Origin: Gammaproteobacteria bacterium
Lineage (GTDB): Bacteria; Pseudomonadota; Gammaproteobacteria; Eutrophobiales; Eutrophobiaceae
Direction: 5' to 3'
Assembly: GCA_965240365.1 (NCBI GenBank)
Contig: OZ251218.1
Location: forward strand, 2,648,922 to 2,712,921
Length of the DNA stretch: 64,000 bases
In this document: positions 30,623 through 40,677 of the stretch, one piece after another
Position numbering within the stretch: position 1 is the stretch's first letter
How the letters are laid out: each line of letters starts with the position of its first letter
Translations under genes and position numbers: made by a program
Notes under the pieces: generated by a model
What the model saw: only the letters and a program-made list of their open reading frames with translations
Told to the model about the DNA's origin: nothing
Databases searched by the model: none

Positions 30623-30974
30623 CAGAGGCCGATTGATTAAAGTGTCCCATGTTCCTTTGTTCTAACACATTTCCAGAATCCAGAGGTGTCTCTATGGAAT
30701 CCGGTGTGGATTTATCCACAAAATTCCGGGCCAGCAAAGCCTGTACCGTATCCTGCCCGACGCCCCAATCAACAAAGCCTTTGATAATATGGGCCAACTC
30801 AACCAGCCATGCCGCTTTTTGTTGGTCGCTTATATCCCAGTCATCCATAAAATGCCAATACTCCTGCGCTTTAAGACCATAAGGCAATTCTATACCTGTT
30901 GGACTTTCTGTTTCTGCAATTTCTGAAGCGTCTGCCGCTCGTAGTGTATGGCCGTCTGGCGCAATCTCATTCAT
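30591..30974 (-). CDS. Hypothetical protein upstream of the integrase
   Basis: 127-aa ORF co-oriented with and overlapping the integrase start. Confidence 0.55.
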   Translation of the reverse strand: MNEIAPDGHTLRAADASEIAETESPTGIELPYGLKAQEYWHFMDDWDISDQQKAAWLVELAHIIKGFVDWGVGQDTVQALLARNFVDKSTPDSIETPLDSGNVLEQRNMGHFNQSASDEAGKAEQNE

Positions 30975-31108
30975 GGGCTTATCCTTTGTATGTTTCGGCT
31001 TGTTCCTCCTCTTTCGCTTTTAAGAACAAAGAAAGAACGTATGACTCGTTTTTTCAATCTTGGCAAGATATAAAATCCTGTTTGCTGACAAAAATTATGC
31101 GGTTTTTA

Positions 31109-31534
31109 TCAACCTGCCGGTTCCAGGCCGGTTGCACACACACCATGGCATGCCTCGCGCTGGCGCTGCTGTTGCGCTTTGTCGATAGCGTCAAAGGCGT
31201 CTGCGGCGCGGGCTGGTGTTTGAGCGTTCTGAAGGCCACGCCGCGCCCGCTGTATCTCCTGCTCCCAACGCCGGTTAAAGTGTTCTCGGATCACAGCATG
31301 CGCTTTTTGCGGCTTTAGCCGCGGGAAAGGCTTGTCCGTTTTCACCATCAGCGCGCCTTGCCCTTGCTCACCCTGGCGCTCTGCTTCCGTCTGGCGCGTC
31401 GCTTCACGTTCGATACGCCCAAACGGGCCGGACGCCTCGGTAAATTCCCCTTGCGGGCTTTCCCGCTTGCCCAGCGAATCCGGCAGGCCGTCACGCCCCT
31501 GTGACGACACACCGCCATAGCGTGGCCGCTTCAC
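31109..31534 (-). CDS. Hypothetical protein
   Basis: GTG start overlapping the coupling-protein stop (GTGA); charged, helical. Confidence 0.45.
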   Translation of the reverse strand: MKRPRYGGVSSQGRDGLPDSLGKRESPQGEFTEASGPFGRIEREATRQTEAERQGEQGQGALMVKTDKPFPRLKPQKAHAVIREHFNRRWEQEIQRARRGLQNAQTPARAADAFDAIDKAQQQRQREACHGVCATGLEPAG

Positions 31535-33144
31535 CACGTCCTGTACCCCTGCACATAGGCGACCTGGCCATTGGCGTGATTGGGCCAATGCGCCAGATGC
31601 CTGGGCACGTCCTCGCGGATAAAGCGCCGCGTCCGCTGGAAGAAACGGCCCTGAACGCCGAGGCGATCCAAAGGTGGAAACAGCGGGTCTGGCCCGTAGC
31701 GGCCCGCCATGGCCGGATTAGTCCAGTAGGCTGGCAGCTTGTTGGCCAGCACCGGCGGCAGGCCCGAACCCGGCGATATCACCAGCACTTCATCCTTGAG
31801 TCCCAGAATTTCAGCCGGATCAAGCGCATAGCGCCCGCTCCTGCGCCGCTGCCCGCTTTGAGCGCCTTCGTGCCCGGCGATATGAGCGGCTTTCAGCGGG
31901 TCGGCACCCTCCAGCAGGGCGGCGAGCCGGGCCTGCTCCGAGCGCAGGCGGTGATTGCCCTGCGCCATCGGATCATCAAGCTGAATAGTGACCTTGCCGA
32001 CGGTATCGGCCAGCCTTCTGGCCGAAGAGATTTCCCGGATACCGCCTCCCATATACAGTTGCATGCCGCAACTATCAATAATCTCCTCCGCTCCGGCTTT
32101 GCCCATCAGATGCACAAGCTGCCCGTGACTCTGATAAACCAGCAGCGTGCGAAAGAACTTCCGAAACTCCGATACGGCGGATTTAATAAAATCCGCACCG
32201 CCGCAGCTAACCGCTTCCTCGATAAAGAAGAGCGGCCTTGCGCCCCGCCCCGCGCGAACGCAGTGAAGCTGGGCGATACCCACCACCATCCGCGTCAGGC
32301 TTTCATTGAACGTCCCGCTGCCGCTGGGCTGGGCATAATACACACCGATCTTTTTGCCGGGATCGGCAAGCTCAGGCAGATAATCCGCATCGCCGCTCAC
32401 CGCCGCGGCGGCCTTGGGCGAAGACAGCCAGTCAAAACTGTCTTTCAGACAGCCGATGATCGCGCCCCATTCCTTCTCGGAATTATGTTTTTTGGCGTAC
32501 ATCTCCACCAAGGTCGAGTAGATATTGTAAGGCATGCCCTCAGAACTGCGGCCTATGGCTTTCAAGAACGCATCGTCAGTGTCAATGCGGTTGAGCGTTT
32601 CCCAAAAGCCCCGCGGTGTAACCCGACCTTCCAGCAGAACCTTTTGCATGGCGATACGGCTCCCCCAGCGTTTGGCCGACTGGCCCACCCAGGCGTTCTC
32701 GCCCTTGCTGTCCTGATTCACAACACCCATTGCGATGATGCGTTTGGCGTTATCGAACAGATCATCATCGGCTTGCAGAATACTCCACAGATCAACCGGA
32801 TGATTGATGTCCGGGTAGGCGCTCACGCCAAACGGATTGACGGCGTAGGCGTCGCGTCCCGCGGCGAGATTCCAGTGCCAGCTTGTGCTCATATACTGCC
32901 CGCCGACATCCAGCATGAAAAAACTGCCCGTCGAAGGGTGAACCAACTGATAGGCGCCCAGACATGAAAACTTGGCGCTGCCCGCGCCGCCGATGATGAT
33001 GCCGGGTTCCTGATCTGGCAGCCGCAGACAAGTATTGCCGATCACGGCCACGGGGCCGTTGGGATTACCCAGCCGCCGCGCGTCATCCTGCGTTCCCAGC
33101 CGGGCAGACCCGTAAGGATTCTCGCGGTAGAACCGTCCGTCCAT
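31531..33144 (-). CDS. Type IV coupling protein (VirD4/TraG-like)
   Basis: IIIGGAGSAKFS Walker A-like, FMLDVGGQ, PLFFIEEA Walker B-like, LVYQSHGQL; start MDGRFY at 33144. Confidence 0.8.
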   Translation of the reverse strand: MDGRFYRENPYGSARLGTQDDARRLGNPNGPVAVIGNTCLRLPDQEPGIIIGGAGSAKFSCLGAYQLVHPSTGSFFMLDVGGQYMSTSWHWNLAAGRDAYAVNPFGVSAYPDINHPVDLWSILQADDDLFDNAKRIIAMGVVNQDSKGENAWVGQSAKRWGSRIAMQKVLLEGRVTPRGFWETLNRIDTDDAFLKAIGRSSEGMPYNIYSTLVEMYAKKHNSEKEWGAIIGCLKDSFDWLSSPKAAAAVSGDADYLPELADPGKKIGVYYAQPSGSGTFNESLTRMVVGIAQLHCVRAGRGARPLFFIEEAVSCGGADFIKSAVSEFRKFFRTLLVYQSHGQLVHLMGKAGAEEIIDSCGMQLYMGGGIREISSARRLADTVGKVTIQLDDPMAQGNHRLRSEQARLAALLEGADPLKAAHIAGHEGAQSGQRRRSGRYALDPAEILGLKDEVLVISPGSGLPPVLANKLPAYWTNPAMAGRYGPDPLFPPLDRLGVQGRFFQRTRRFIREDVPRHLAHWPNHANGQVAYVQGYRTW

Positions 33145-33146
33145 GT

Positions 33147-33437
33147 TCAAAACAGACCCCGGCGCGAACCGCCCCGTATAAACCCCTGAACAAACAGTTG
33201 CAACAGCACCGACACACCAAAAAAACAGGCCAGCACCACGATGCCCACAAACGCCCAGCTTCCCCAAACCGCCAGTTCGCGGCCGAACTCAGCGGCCAGA
33301 TAATGAAACATCTCTACCCGCACCGTTCTGGCGATGACCGGCGCCAGGAAGAATGCGCCCAGCGCCGCCAGCGCATGACTGAAACGCGCGATATTCTTGA
33401 CGAGGCTGGATGCGGGAGCCGGATTGAAATCTCTCAT
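33147..33437 (-). CDS. Small membrane protein (2-3 TM)
   Basis: 96 aa, hydrophobic; start overlaps the upstream stop (ATGA) and the gene abuts the T4CP start. Confidence 0.65.
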   Translation of the reverse strand: MRDFNPAPASSLVKNIARFSHALAALGAFFLAPVIARTVRVEMFHYLAAEFGRELAVWGSWAFVGIVVLACFFGVSVLLQLFVQGFIRGGSRRGLF

Positions 33438-34768
33438 GGCGATTCCCCCCGCGCCGTCTGTATCGGTGCGGCGCGCACGATGGCCGCCACATCCACCAAA
33501 ATCGTCCCGCCGTGGTCACGCCTGCTGTCAGCCTGGCGCAGCAGCGCTTTGACCGCGGGCTTGTTGGGAGCGCCGGTTTCCGCCGCCAGATGAAACGGCG
33601 CGGAATAAGTGCGATGATTGGCCGTAATGCGAAGCTCACCGGCCACGCCGCCGGGCATGCGGCCACTGTAAAAATTAATCACCACAACCACCGCGCTTAA
33701 ATCCAGCGGCCCGAAAAAAGAGATAGTTTCATAGCCGTTGAGCGTTTGCGGCGACCGGCGGAAATCCTTCCAGTAGCGCCCGTCGGCGGATTTAGTATTG
33801 CCGAAATACAGCGCCTCGCCCCCCGGACGCGGGGCCGCGTGCAGGTCGATATCGCAATGCTCGCACAGCCATGAAATGCCAATCTCCAGATTGTCCGCCC
33901 GGCGGATATCCCGTTCGGCCAGCGGGCGGCGGCTTAGGCGGCGCTCAAAGATCGATGGCGCCGCGGACGGCGGCGTGAGTTGCACCATCTCCACCTTGGC
34001 CGTGTCGCCGTGCGTTGCAAAGCCGTGTGCATTGCCCGCCGCGCCGTTCCTGATCCGCGCAAGAATACTGGTGGCGTCGCTGCCATACGACACCATCTCA
34101 CCGCTCAGCGCCTCAACGTAAAGCGTCCAGAAACGCCGCGTGTAATAGCGCAGGCGATCCTGCTGAAAGGGATCATGATGGATAATGTGAACGCGCGCAC
34201 CGTCGAGCAGCTTCGGGTTGTCCGCCGCGCCGTAGGGCGTTTGCCCGCGCGAGGCGCTTAAATGCCCGTCGGCCGGGAACGCCCCGTCCTTCATGGAAAA
34301 GGCCGGTTCCTGCGGATCATCGTAGCGCGCCGAACCGAAGACCAGCACATCCAGACCATCGCCGGACCTGAAGTGCTCACCGGCAAAGCGGAGCAGTTGC
34401 GGCAACTTCACCGCGCCCCGAACAGACGGATGCCCCGGCGTGCCGACAGCCTGCGCATTGGCCTTAAATTGCAGCAACGCGCCCACGGTCTGCCGATTCA
34501 GCGCCATGCGGGCCTTGGGATGGCGGTATTTGAGATCACTCGGCACGGTGAAGACGCCGAGCGTTTGCAGCGCGTAGCCGTCAATGAACACGGCGGTGTC
34601 ACCGGCTTCAAGGTTGGCGGCCAGATTCAGGGCGGTTCTGATTTGTGTGGCCAGAACCTCCGGCGTTTCATAGGGCGAAAAGGCAATCACCCGTTCCCTT
34701 GCCGCCGCCGGGTGAGCGGCGGCCAGCAGAGAGAAGATCAAGACCATTACAGATATTAGCGTTTTCAT
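33434..34768 (-). CDS. Secreted protein with C-terminal YfaP/DUF2135-like domain
   Basis: Signal peptide (...AHPAAA); C-terminal LEIGISW..CDIDLHA.P..GEALYFGN...YETI...VINFYSG. Confidence 0.65.
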   Translation of the reverse strand: MKTLISVMVLIFSLLAAAHPAAARERVIAFSPYETPEVLATQIRTALNLAANLEAGDTAVFIDGYALQTLGVFTVPSDLKYRHPKARMALNRQTVGALLQFKANAQAVGTPGHPSVRGAVKLPQLLRFAGEHFRSGDGLDVLVFGSARYDDPQEPAFSMKDGAFPADGHLSASRGQTPYGAADNPKLLDGARVHIIHHDPFQQDRLRYYTRRFWTLYVEALSGEMVSYGSDATSILARIRNGAAGNAHGFATHGDTAKVEMVQLTPPSAAPSIFERRLSRRPLAERDIRRADNLEIGISWLCEHCDIDLHAAPRPGGEALYFGNTKSADGRYWKDFRRSPQTLNGYETISFFGPLDLSAVVVVINFYSGRMPGGVAGELRITANHRTYSAPFHLAAETGAPNKPAVKALLRQADSRRDHGGTILVDVAAIVRAAPIQTARGESP

Positions 34769-34810
34769 AGCGTTACCTCGCTTATGGTTTATCGGATTAA
34801 ATACATGCGC

Positions 34811-35740
34811 CTACATATAGCGGCGCAGCGCTGCCAGCCGGATGCAGCGCTTGTTGATATAAAGATCACGTTGTGCTTCCAGTCTGGCGACCTTGCCCCG
34901 GCAGATGCCATAGGCGTCGCTGAGTTCTTTCACCAAACCCCGCTGCGCCTTGACAGTCCTTGTCAGCGCGATGTATTGCGGGTTATCATCAAGCATGTCC
35001 GGCTGATATCGACGATAGATACCGGAAGCCGCGATCCACAACGAGCTTCCCGTCAGAAGCTCCACCAGTAACTGCGTCAACACCAGCGAAGAACCCCCAT
35101 GCGAACCCGACAGCAGAACGTCGAATTCGATCTGGACTGCAACCCCAGGATAAGCCTGTGCGAACAGATAAGCCCACACGCCCAGCGCGCCGCCATTTAT
35201 CAAAAAGACACTCAACTCATAGCGCCTGCGGCTGCTATTGGTTGGTAAATAATCCGAGGCAAACTTTAAGGCGAGCGACCCAAGCGGCAAGAGCATCGCC
35301 AGACCCCACGCCAAAAAGGGAGATTCAATAAAAATCGGAGAAAACGAAGTGCGCATCGCAAAATTCAGATTTAATGCGCCCATGCCCACGGCGGCGATAC
35401 CGCCAAAAATGGCCACCCAAAACTGCCAGAAATCATAATGCTTCCACCGTTCCGGCTCCGCGTCTTCTGACGTTTCAGGTTTTCTGGAAGGAACAAGCTG
35501 ATCCGTGTTGCGCAGGCGCTTTTCCAGCTTGCTCAAATCATCGTTACCCGACGTGAACCTTGCCTCCGTGTGCGCAAAGGCTTGCTTTGCGGCAATGAGA
35601 TCGGCGCCGAATTCAACATCGCATTCGCGTGCAGCATGCGCTTTCATCAAAGCCATTGCCTGTTTTTCGTTTGGCAATAAAGCCAGTTCGTGCAAGATGT
35701 AATCGTTCGGCTTTCTGCCGTCTTTGGAATTTGCGCTCAT
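34811..35740 (-). CDS. Four-TM membrane protein flanked by coiled coils
   Basis: Four hydrophobic spans around aa 105-240; charged helical termini. Confidence 0.65.
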   Translation of the reverse strand: MSANSKDGRKPNDYILHELALLPNEKQAMALMKAHAARECDVEFGADLIAAKQAFAHTEARFTSGNDDLSKLEKRLRNTDQLVPSRKPETSEDAEPERWKHYDFWQFWVAIFGGIAAVGMGALNLNFAMRTSFSPIFIESPFLAWGLAMLLPLGSLALKFASDYLPTNSSRRRYELSVFLINGGALGVWAYLFAQAYPGVAVQIEFDVLLSGSHGGSSLVLTQLLVELLTGSSLWIAASGIYRRYQPDMLDDNPQYIALTRTVKAQRGLVKELSDAYGICRGKVARLEAQRDLYINKRCIRLAALRRYM

Positions 35741-35743
35741 GGT

Positions 35744-36124
35744 TCAGTCCTCTCCGGCGTAACCGTGCATCGGCTTGTGAGATGCCGTGATGTCTTCAGC
35801 GTAAGCGAGCAGCGTTTCTTCCCAATCCCCGGTTCGATGAGTGTCAACTATGAAGTCGCCAGGAGCTTCTTCTAAAACCAAAAACTGAATATCATCATCA
35901 GAATCAACTTCGATAGTCGTATCCCCAAAGTTCCCGTAGACTCTCAAGGTGGTATGCGCGTCGAGAATCACGATTTGGGAAGATAGGAGGCCTGACTCGG
36001 CTTCACCGTCCGTTTCAATAATGGCAACAGCGGCTTTGATTAAGGCGTTTACCGCTCCACGAGAAGCGGAACTGGATTGGCGTGTATGAGGGTGCAGCAT
36101 TGTTCTTTCCTCTATGTTGGACAA
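35744..36124 (-). CDS. Hypothetical protein, first gene of the T4CP operon
   Basis: 126-aa acidic ORF 3 nt upstream of the next gene. Confidence 0.55.
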   Translation of the reverse strand: MSNIEERTMLHPHTRQSSSASRGAVNALIKAAVAIIETDGEAESGLLSSQIVILDAHTTLRVYGNFGDTTIEVDSDDDIQFLVLEEAPGDFIVDTHRTGDWEETLLAYAEDITASHKPMHGYAGED

Positions 36125-36353
36125 TGCTGTCTTATTATCGCCATCGAAAATCAGATAGAAACAGGAAAAAATCTGATTGAAGTAGAAAAAAATCTTATTT
36201 CATCAGAATCTATCCGATTCATGAAAAAAGACAGCGTTTGCCAGCCCCGGTCAGGCGGCGATGACTGCGCGATCAATCATGCGGCAATAATTTTATATTG
36301 ACATAAGGAATATTGATATGATATTTATATTCCCAAAAGTTATATGAGGAACA

Positions 36354-36698
36354 ATGTCCCTATCAGAAGTAGACTTGGAATACGACACCGGCACCCACCC
36401 GCCAGACGTGCCGGCAAAATGGCTGACAGCGGTAGCCAACCGCACATTCTTTCTTTGCTACGACCTTGCACGCACCAAGTACGATGATGAATACGGTGAA
36501 TACGGTGCCTTTGAAAAGCTCCCGCCCGAGCAGCAAGGCGCTCTATGCGCTAAAGCGATGGATGAATTAGTGCGTGAAGGCTATACTGCGGTCTATAGCA
36601 AGGAAATCCTTGATGGAACTATTAAGATGCAACTACGTTACGATGCATGCGACAAATTGCGGCACTTCTGGTCCTATGATGGGCCTGAGCAGCGTTGA
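36354..36698 (+). CDS. Hypothetical protein
   Basis: 114-aa ORF with GAGGA RBS, divergent from the T4CP operon. Confidence 0.55.
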   Translation: MSLSEVDLEYDTGTHPPDVPAKWLTAVANRTFFLCYDLARTKYDDEYGEYGAFEKLPPEQQGALCAKAMDELVREGYTAVYSKEILDGTIKMQLRYDACDKLRHFWSYDGPEQR

Positions 36699-36768
36699 CG
36701 CCTCTTTGATCTTGCAATCCGTTCAGTAACCAACTGATTCCCGTTTCTTTAAATAAGCCGCCGCCCGC

Positions 36769-39700
36769 GTGAAATTGAATCTGGCAGTTTCTGAAAAATT
36801 TATCGGCTATTACGAAAAAGTAATAGTTGCGGCATCTTCTGATGGGAGGGATGACGCAGAACTCAAATTCTCCCGATTTAAACCGGGTAAGACAGGGCGG
36901 AAAGCATTTGGAGATTGCTGGGTTGCATTTTTTTTGTGTGATTTTTTGCGTGACAAGAAAGATCAGGCAAATGGCGCTGATGAGATTAAGAAGATCAAAG
37001 CGGTTGTAGAAGACGATGGCTTGTACAAATGGGAACAGCTTAAAGCATATATTACCTCGAATTTACACGGGTTCACTACAAAAAAAGCGGACTGTATTTT
37101 TGTTAGGCTGTCCGCGACACTGGCGCAAGACCCAGACGAGACTTTCCTTGAATTTCTGAAATTCTGCAAAGGAAAACCGCTGGCCTGCTTTTACGAATTG
37201 CCAGAATCAGCAGAAAAATTGGCGCATAGGGCGGGCGAGTCGTTAACTATGCAAGAAATATCTCTGCATAAAAACCTGCAAAAGAAAGCAATAGAAACCT
37301 TAAACCAACTTATTTCCAATCTTGATAACCACATAAAATCAAAGTCAAACGAGAATAAAAAAGAAGCGTCAGCAACTCAGGCCGCTTCACCTCGGCAATC
37401 TGATCGCCTGTTGCGCTTAATCACAAAAGATAAAATCTGGCATGAAGACCACGAATCATTATCTCTCAGCCCCTACAATCATCATGGCAAGCTGCATGGC
37501 CGGGACAATGAAATTGGAGCGCTGAATGCCTTTCTTGGCGACCCTTCGCCGTTTGAGTTTCTCTTTATCATTGGCCCGTCCGGCGCTGGCAAGACACGGC
37601 TCGTTACCGAGTGGTTTCGAAAACATGCCACGATTGATAACTGGCAAGCCGGGTTTGTAGAAGATGACAGCCTGTCAGAGTCCTGGCGCGCATGGAACGC
37701 CGAGCCTGTTCAGGTCGATACGCTTATCATTGTTGATTACATCTATCGCTTCCGTGATGTGATAACGCATATTGTCAACAAAGGCAATCATCATGCGCAG
37801 GCGCATGCGACAACAGACCGGCCCTTGAGCGAACCGTCGCCGTCCACGGACGCGCCGATTGTTCCAAAGCTCAGGTTGATTGTTCTGGATCATGTGTTTC
37901 CCGACAAGGCGACATTCGATGATCTGGACGCTCACAAAATTGAAGCGATGGGCGAAACACAAGCCAATGTGGTCAACAATCTGAGCGCCATGCAAAAGAA
38001 ATATCCCCCGATGGTGCTTCAACAATCAAAGAAGATGCTTAAGGCCATTATCGCGGAATCCTACGGCAACCTCGATGATGAAGACAGCGTTGAATGGGCG
38101 TATCAAACGCTACAGCGCATTGATGGCGAGGTAGAAGCGAGCGTTGATACAGACCATGCGGATACCCCTGCCAAAGACAGCCCTGAAGCCACCATCCGCT
38201 ATGCCAGTCAGCCATTGTTCGCAAAACTCATCGGCGAGGCGCTCAAAAAACACCCGCCGGGAGAGTCGATTAAGAACGAAAAGCTTGCACCGTGGAGTCG
38301 CCGCGACTTGGTTGCCAGGTATTTTTTTAACAATAGAAACCGGCTGCCGTGGTACTTTGACGATAAGTACGGCCAATGGATTGGCGCGGCCATTGCCGCC
38401 GCTACGGTGATTCAGGGCTTGCGGTTTGATGATCTATTCCAGTGTCTCAATGACATTGGCGTGAAGCTGGAGAGAAAAGACAGAGATCACCTGAAATCAA
38501 CCTGCAACAATATCGTTTCGTCAAGAGACTCAGAGGAGTTGAAAAGATACGAACCTGACATACTGGGCGAGAACTTTGTTTTTACATTTCTTGATAACTT
38601 TCGGTATTTTGCCCCTTGTGAAAACAGCGAGCCAAAAAATGATGTCCGTAAGTTTTTTTTCAGGCTTTTACTTTTCACCGATGTGAACCAGAAACCATTT
38701 CCGACCCCGAATGAACGTTTCATTGAATTTATCAAGCGCGCTATGCGCAACCTCCTGCTGGATGATCAAAGCGTCCATAGTGTAGGTGATGGATGGAAAG
38801 CACTGGCGGGGCTTTTGCAACCCGGTCAATATAAATCTGAAGATATGTACTTTTCGTCCATACTGGCCAGCGTTAATACGATTTCCGATATTGGAAACAG
38901 CAGCGCTCATGGGAGTAGAGCATTACAGGCTTTATTCGGGGAAAATCTGGGAATTGAGCAGGCATCCTACCTCGCTAACACCTTTGATAAATCAAGTCGA
39001 GATAAGAATCATGCAAGAAAATTAGATTCTGTATGGGGCTTATGTTTGTCCGCATTAACGCGGTATGTCGATTGGCTTTTAGAGAATGGAAACCTGTCGA
39101 AGGAAATTGAAGAGATATTCGAAAATAGCGCTGAAGTTTATGAACAAACCGCAAAGTTTGGTGGAAAGCGGATTTTTATACCATGTTTATACGATGCGAG
39201 GAACGTCCTGAAGTGGTTGATTGAAAACTATCGAGAAATCGACATCAATTACCAAAGTGACAAGAAATGGTCACCTTTGCATTGTGCTTGTTTCTCTGGC
39301 AGTACAAAGGTGGCGCTATGGCTGGTTGATAAAGACGCCAATCTTGAAGCGCAGACCAAGGAGGATAAGTGGACGGCATTGATGTTTGCCTGCCGTTCCG
39401 GATCGGAAAAGGTGGCACTACGGCTGGTTGCCAAAGACGCCAATCTTGAGGCGCAGAACAAGGATAAGTGGACGGCATTGATGGTCGCTTGTAGGGAAGG
39501 CTTGGAAAAGGTGGCGCTACGGCTGGTTGCTAAAAACGCCAATCTTGAAGCGCAGACCAAGGAGGATAAGTGGACGGCATTGATGTTCGCTTGTGAGAGC
39601 GGCTTGGAAAAGGTAGCGCTAGGGCTGGTTGCCAAAGACACCAATCTTGAGGCGCAGACCAAGGATAAGTGGACGGCATTGATGGTCGCTTGTAGGGAAG

Positions 39701-40677
39701 GCTTGGAACAGGTGGCGCTACGGCTGGTTGCTAAAAACGCCAATCTTGAAGCGCAGACCAAGGAGGATAAGTGGACGGCATTGATGGTTGCCTGCCGTTA
39801 CGGCTTGGAAAAGGTGGCGCTGCGGCTGGTTGCCAAAGACGCCAATCTTGAGGCGCAGGAGAGGGAAAAGTGGACGGCATTGATGTTTGCATGCCGTTAC
39901 GGCTTGGAAAAGGTGGCGCTACGGCTGGTTGCCAAAGACGCTAATCTTGAGGCGCAGGACAAGGATAAGTGGACGGCATTGATGTTCGCCTGTCGTTATG
40001 GCTTGGAAAAGGTAGCGCTAGGGCTGGTTGCCAAAGACGCTAATCTTGAGGCGCAGGACAAGGATAAGTGGACGGCATTGATGTTCGCTTGTGGGAATGG
40101 CTTGGAAAAGGTGGCGCTAGGGCTGGTTGCCAAAGACGCCAATCTTGGGGCGCAGGACAAGGATAAGTGGACGGCATTGATGTTCGCTTGTGAGAGCGGC
40201 TTGGAAAAGGTAGCGCTAGGGCTGGTTGCCAAAGACGCCAATCTTGAGGCGCAGGACAAGGATAAGTGGACGGCATTGATGTTCGCTTGTGAGAGCGGCT
40301 TGGAAAAGGTAGCGCTAGGGCTGGTTGCCAAAGACGCCAATCTTGAGGCGCAGAACAAGGATAAGGAGACGGCATTGATGTTTGCTTGTGAGAGCGGCTT
40401 GGAAAAGGTGGCGCTAGAGCTGATTGCCAAAGACGCCAATCTCGAAGCCGTTGACCCGGAGGGAAGGACAGCGCTCATGTGGGCTGCTCTCCGCTGTTCC
40501 AGCCGCGTCGTGGGCGCGTTGCTAGATAAGCAGGTAAGCACTGACGGGATATGGCAAGGCAGAAAATTCCGCGCTACCGCGCTTGGTCTGGCAAGAGTAC
40601 GCGGAGACAAAGAAATTATTCGATTGCTTGAAAAGAAAGGCGCACTCGAAATCCCGCCTTACACGCCACCCGCATAA
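36769..40677 (+). CDS. NLR-like protein: unknown N-terminal domain, STAND-like NTPase, ~14 ankyrin repeats
   Basis: LHGRDNEI...IIGPSGAGKTRL, TLIIVDY; repeats KWTALMxACxxGLEKVALxLVAKDANLEAQ. Confidence 0.85.
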   Translation: MKLNLAVSEKFIGYYEKVIVAASSDGRDDAELKFSRFKPGKTGRKAFGDCWVAFFLCDFLRDKKDQANGADEIKKIKAVVEDDGLYKWEQLKAYITSNLHGFTTKKADCIFVRLSATLAQDPDETFLEFLKFCKGKPLACFYELPESAEKLAHRAGESLTMQEISLHKNLQKKAIETLNQLISNLDNHIKSKSNENKKEASATQAASPRQSDRLLRLITKDKIWHEDHESLSLSPYNHHGKLHGRDNEIGALNAFLGDPSPFEFLFIIGPSGAGKTRLVTEWFRKHATIDNWQAGFVEDDSLSESWRAWNAEPVQVDTLIIVDYIYRFRDVITHIVNKGNHHAQAHATTDRPLSEPSPSTDAPIVPKLRLIVLDHVFPDKATFDDLDAHKIEAMGETQANVVNNLSAMQKKYPPMVLQQSKKMLKAIIAESYGNLDDEDSVEWAYQTLQRIDGEVEASVDTDHADTPAKDSPEATIRYASQPLFAKLIGEALKKHPPGESIKNEKLAPWSRRDLVARYFFNNRNRLPWYFDDKYGQWIGAAIAAATVIQGLRFDDLFQCLNDIGVKLERKDRDHLKSTCNNIVSSRDSEELKRYEPDILGENFVFTFLDNFRYFAPCENSEPKNDVRKFFFRLLLFTDVNQKPFPTPNERFIEFIKRAMRNLLLDDQSVHSVGDGWKALAGLLQPGQYKSEDMYFSSILASVNTISDIGNSSAHGSRALQALFGENLGIEQASYLANTFDKSSRDKNHARKLDSVWGLCLSALTRYVDWLLENGNLSKEIEEIFENSAEVYEQTAKFGGKRIFIPCLYDARNVLKWLIENYREIDINYQSDKKWSPLHCACFSGSTKVALWLVDKDANLEAQTKEDKWTALMFACRSGSEKVALRLVAKDANLEAQNKDKWTALMVACREGLEKVALRLVAKNANLEAQTKEDKWTALMFACESGLEKVALGLVAKDTNLEAQTKDKWTALMVACREGLEQVALRLVAKNANLEAQTKEDKWTALMVACRYGLEKVALRLVAKDANLEAQEREKWTALMFACRYGLEKVALRLVAKDANLEAQDKDKWTALMFACRYGLEKVALGLVAKDANLEAQDKDKWTALMFACGNGLEKVALGLVAKDANLGAQDKDKWTALMFACESGLEKVALGLVAKDANLEAQDKDKWTALMFACESGLEKVALGLVAKDANLEAQNKDKETALMFACESGLEKVALELIAKDANLEAVDPEGRTALMWAALRCSSRVVGALLDKQVSTDGIWQGRKFRATALGLARVRGDKEIIRLLEKKGALEIPPYTPPA

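Noticed and set aside
31501-32967. 488-aa plus-strand ORF opposite the coupling protein
   Set aside because: Antisense shadow; the minus strand carries the Walker motifs and operon coupling
39240-40500. Ankyrin array as a diversity-generating retroelement target, given an RT remnant in the window
   Set aside because: Differences are not adenine-specific, no template repeat is seen, and the RT is a distant, non-DGR-like pseudogene
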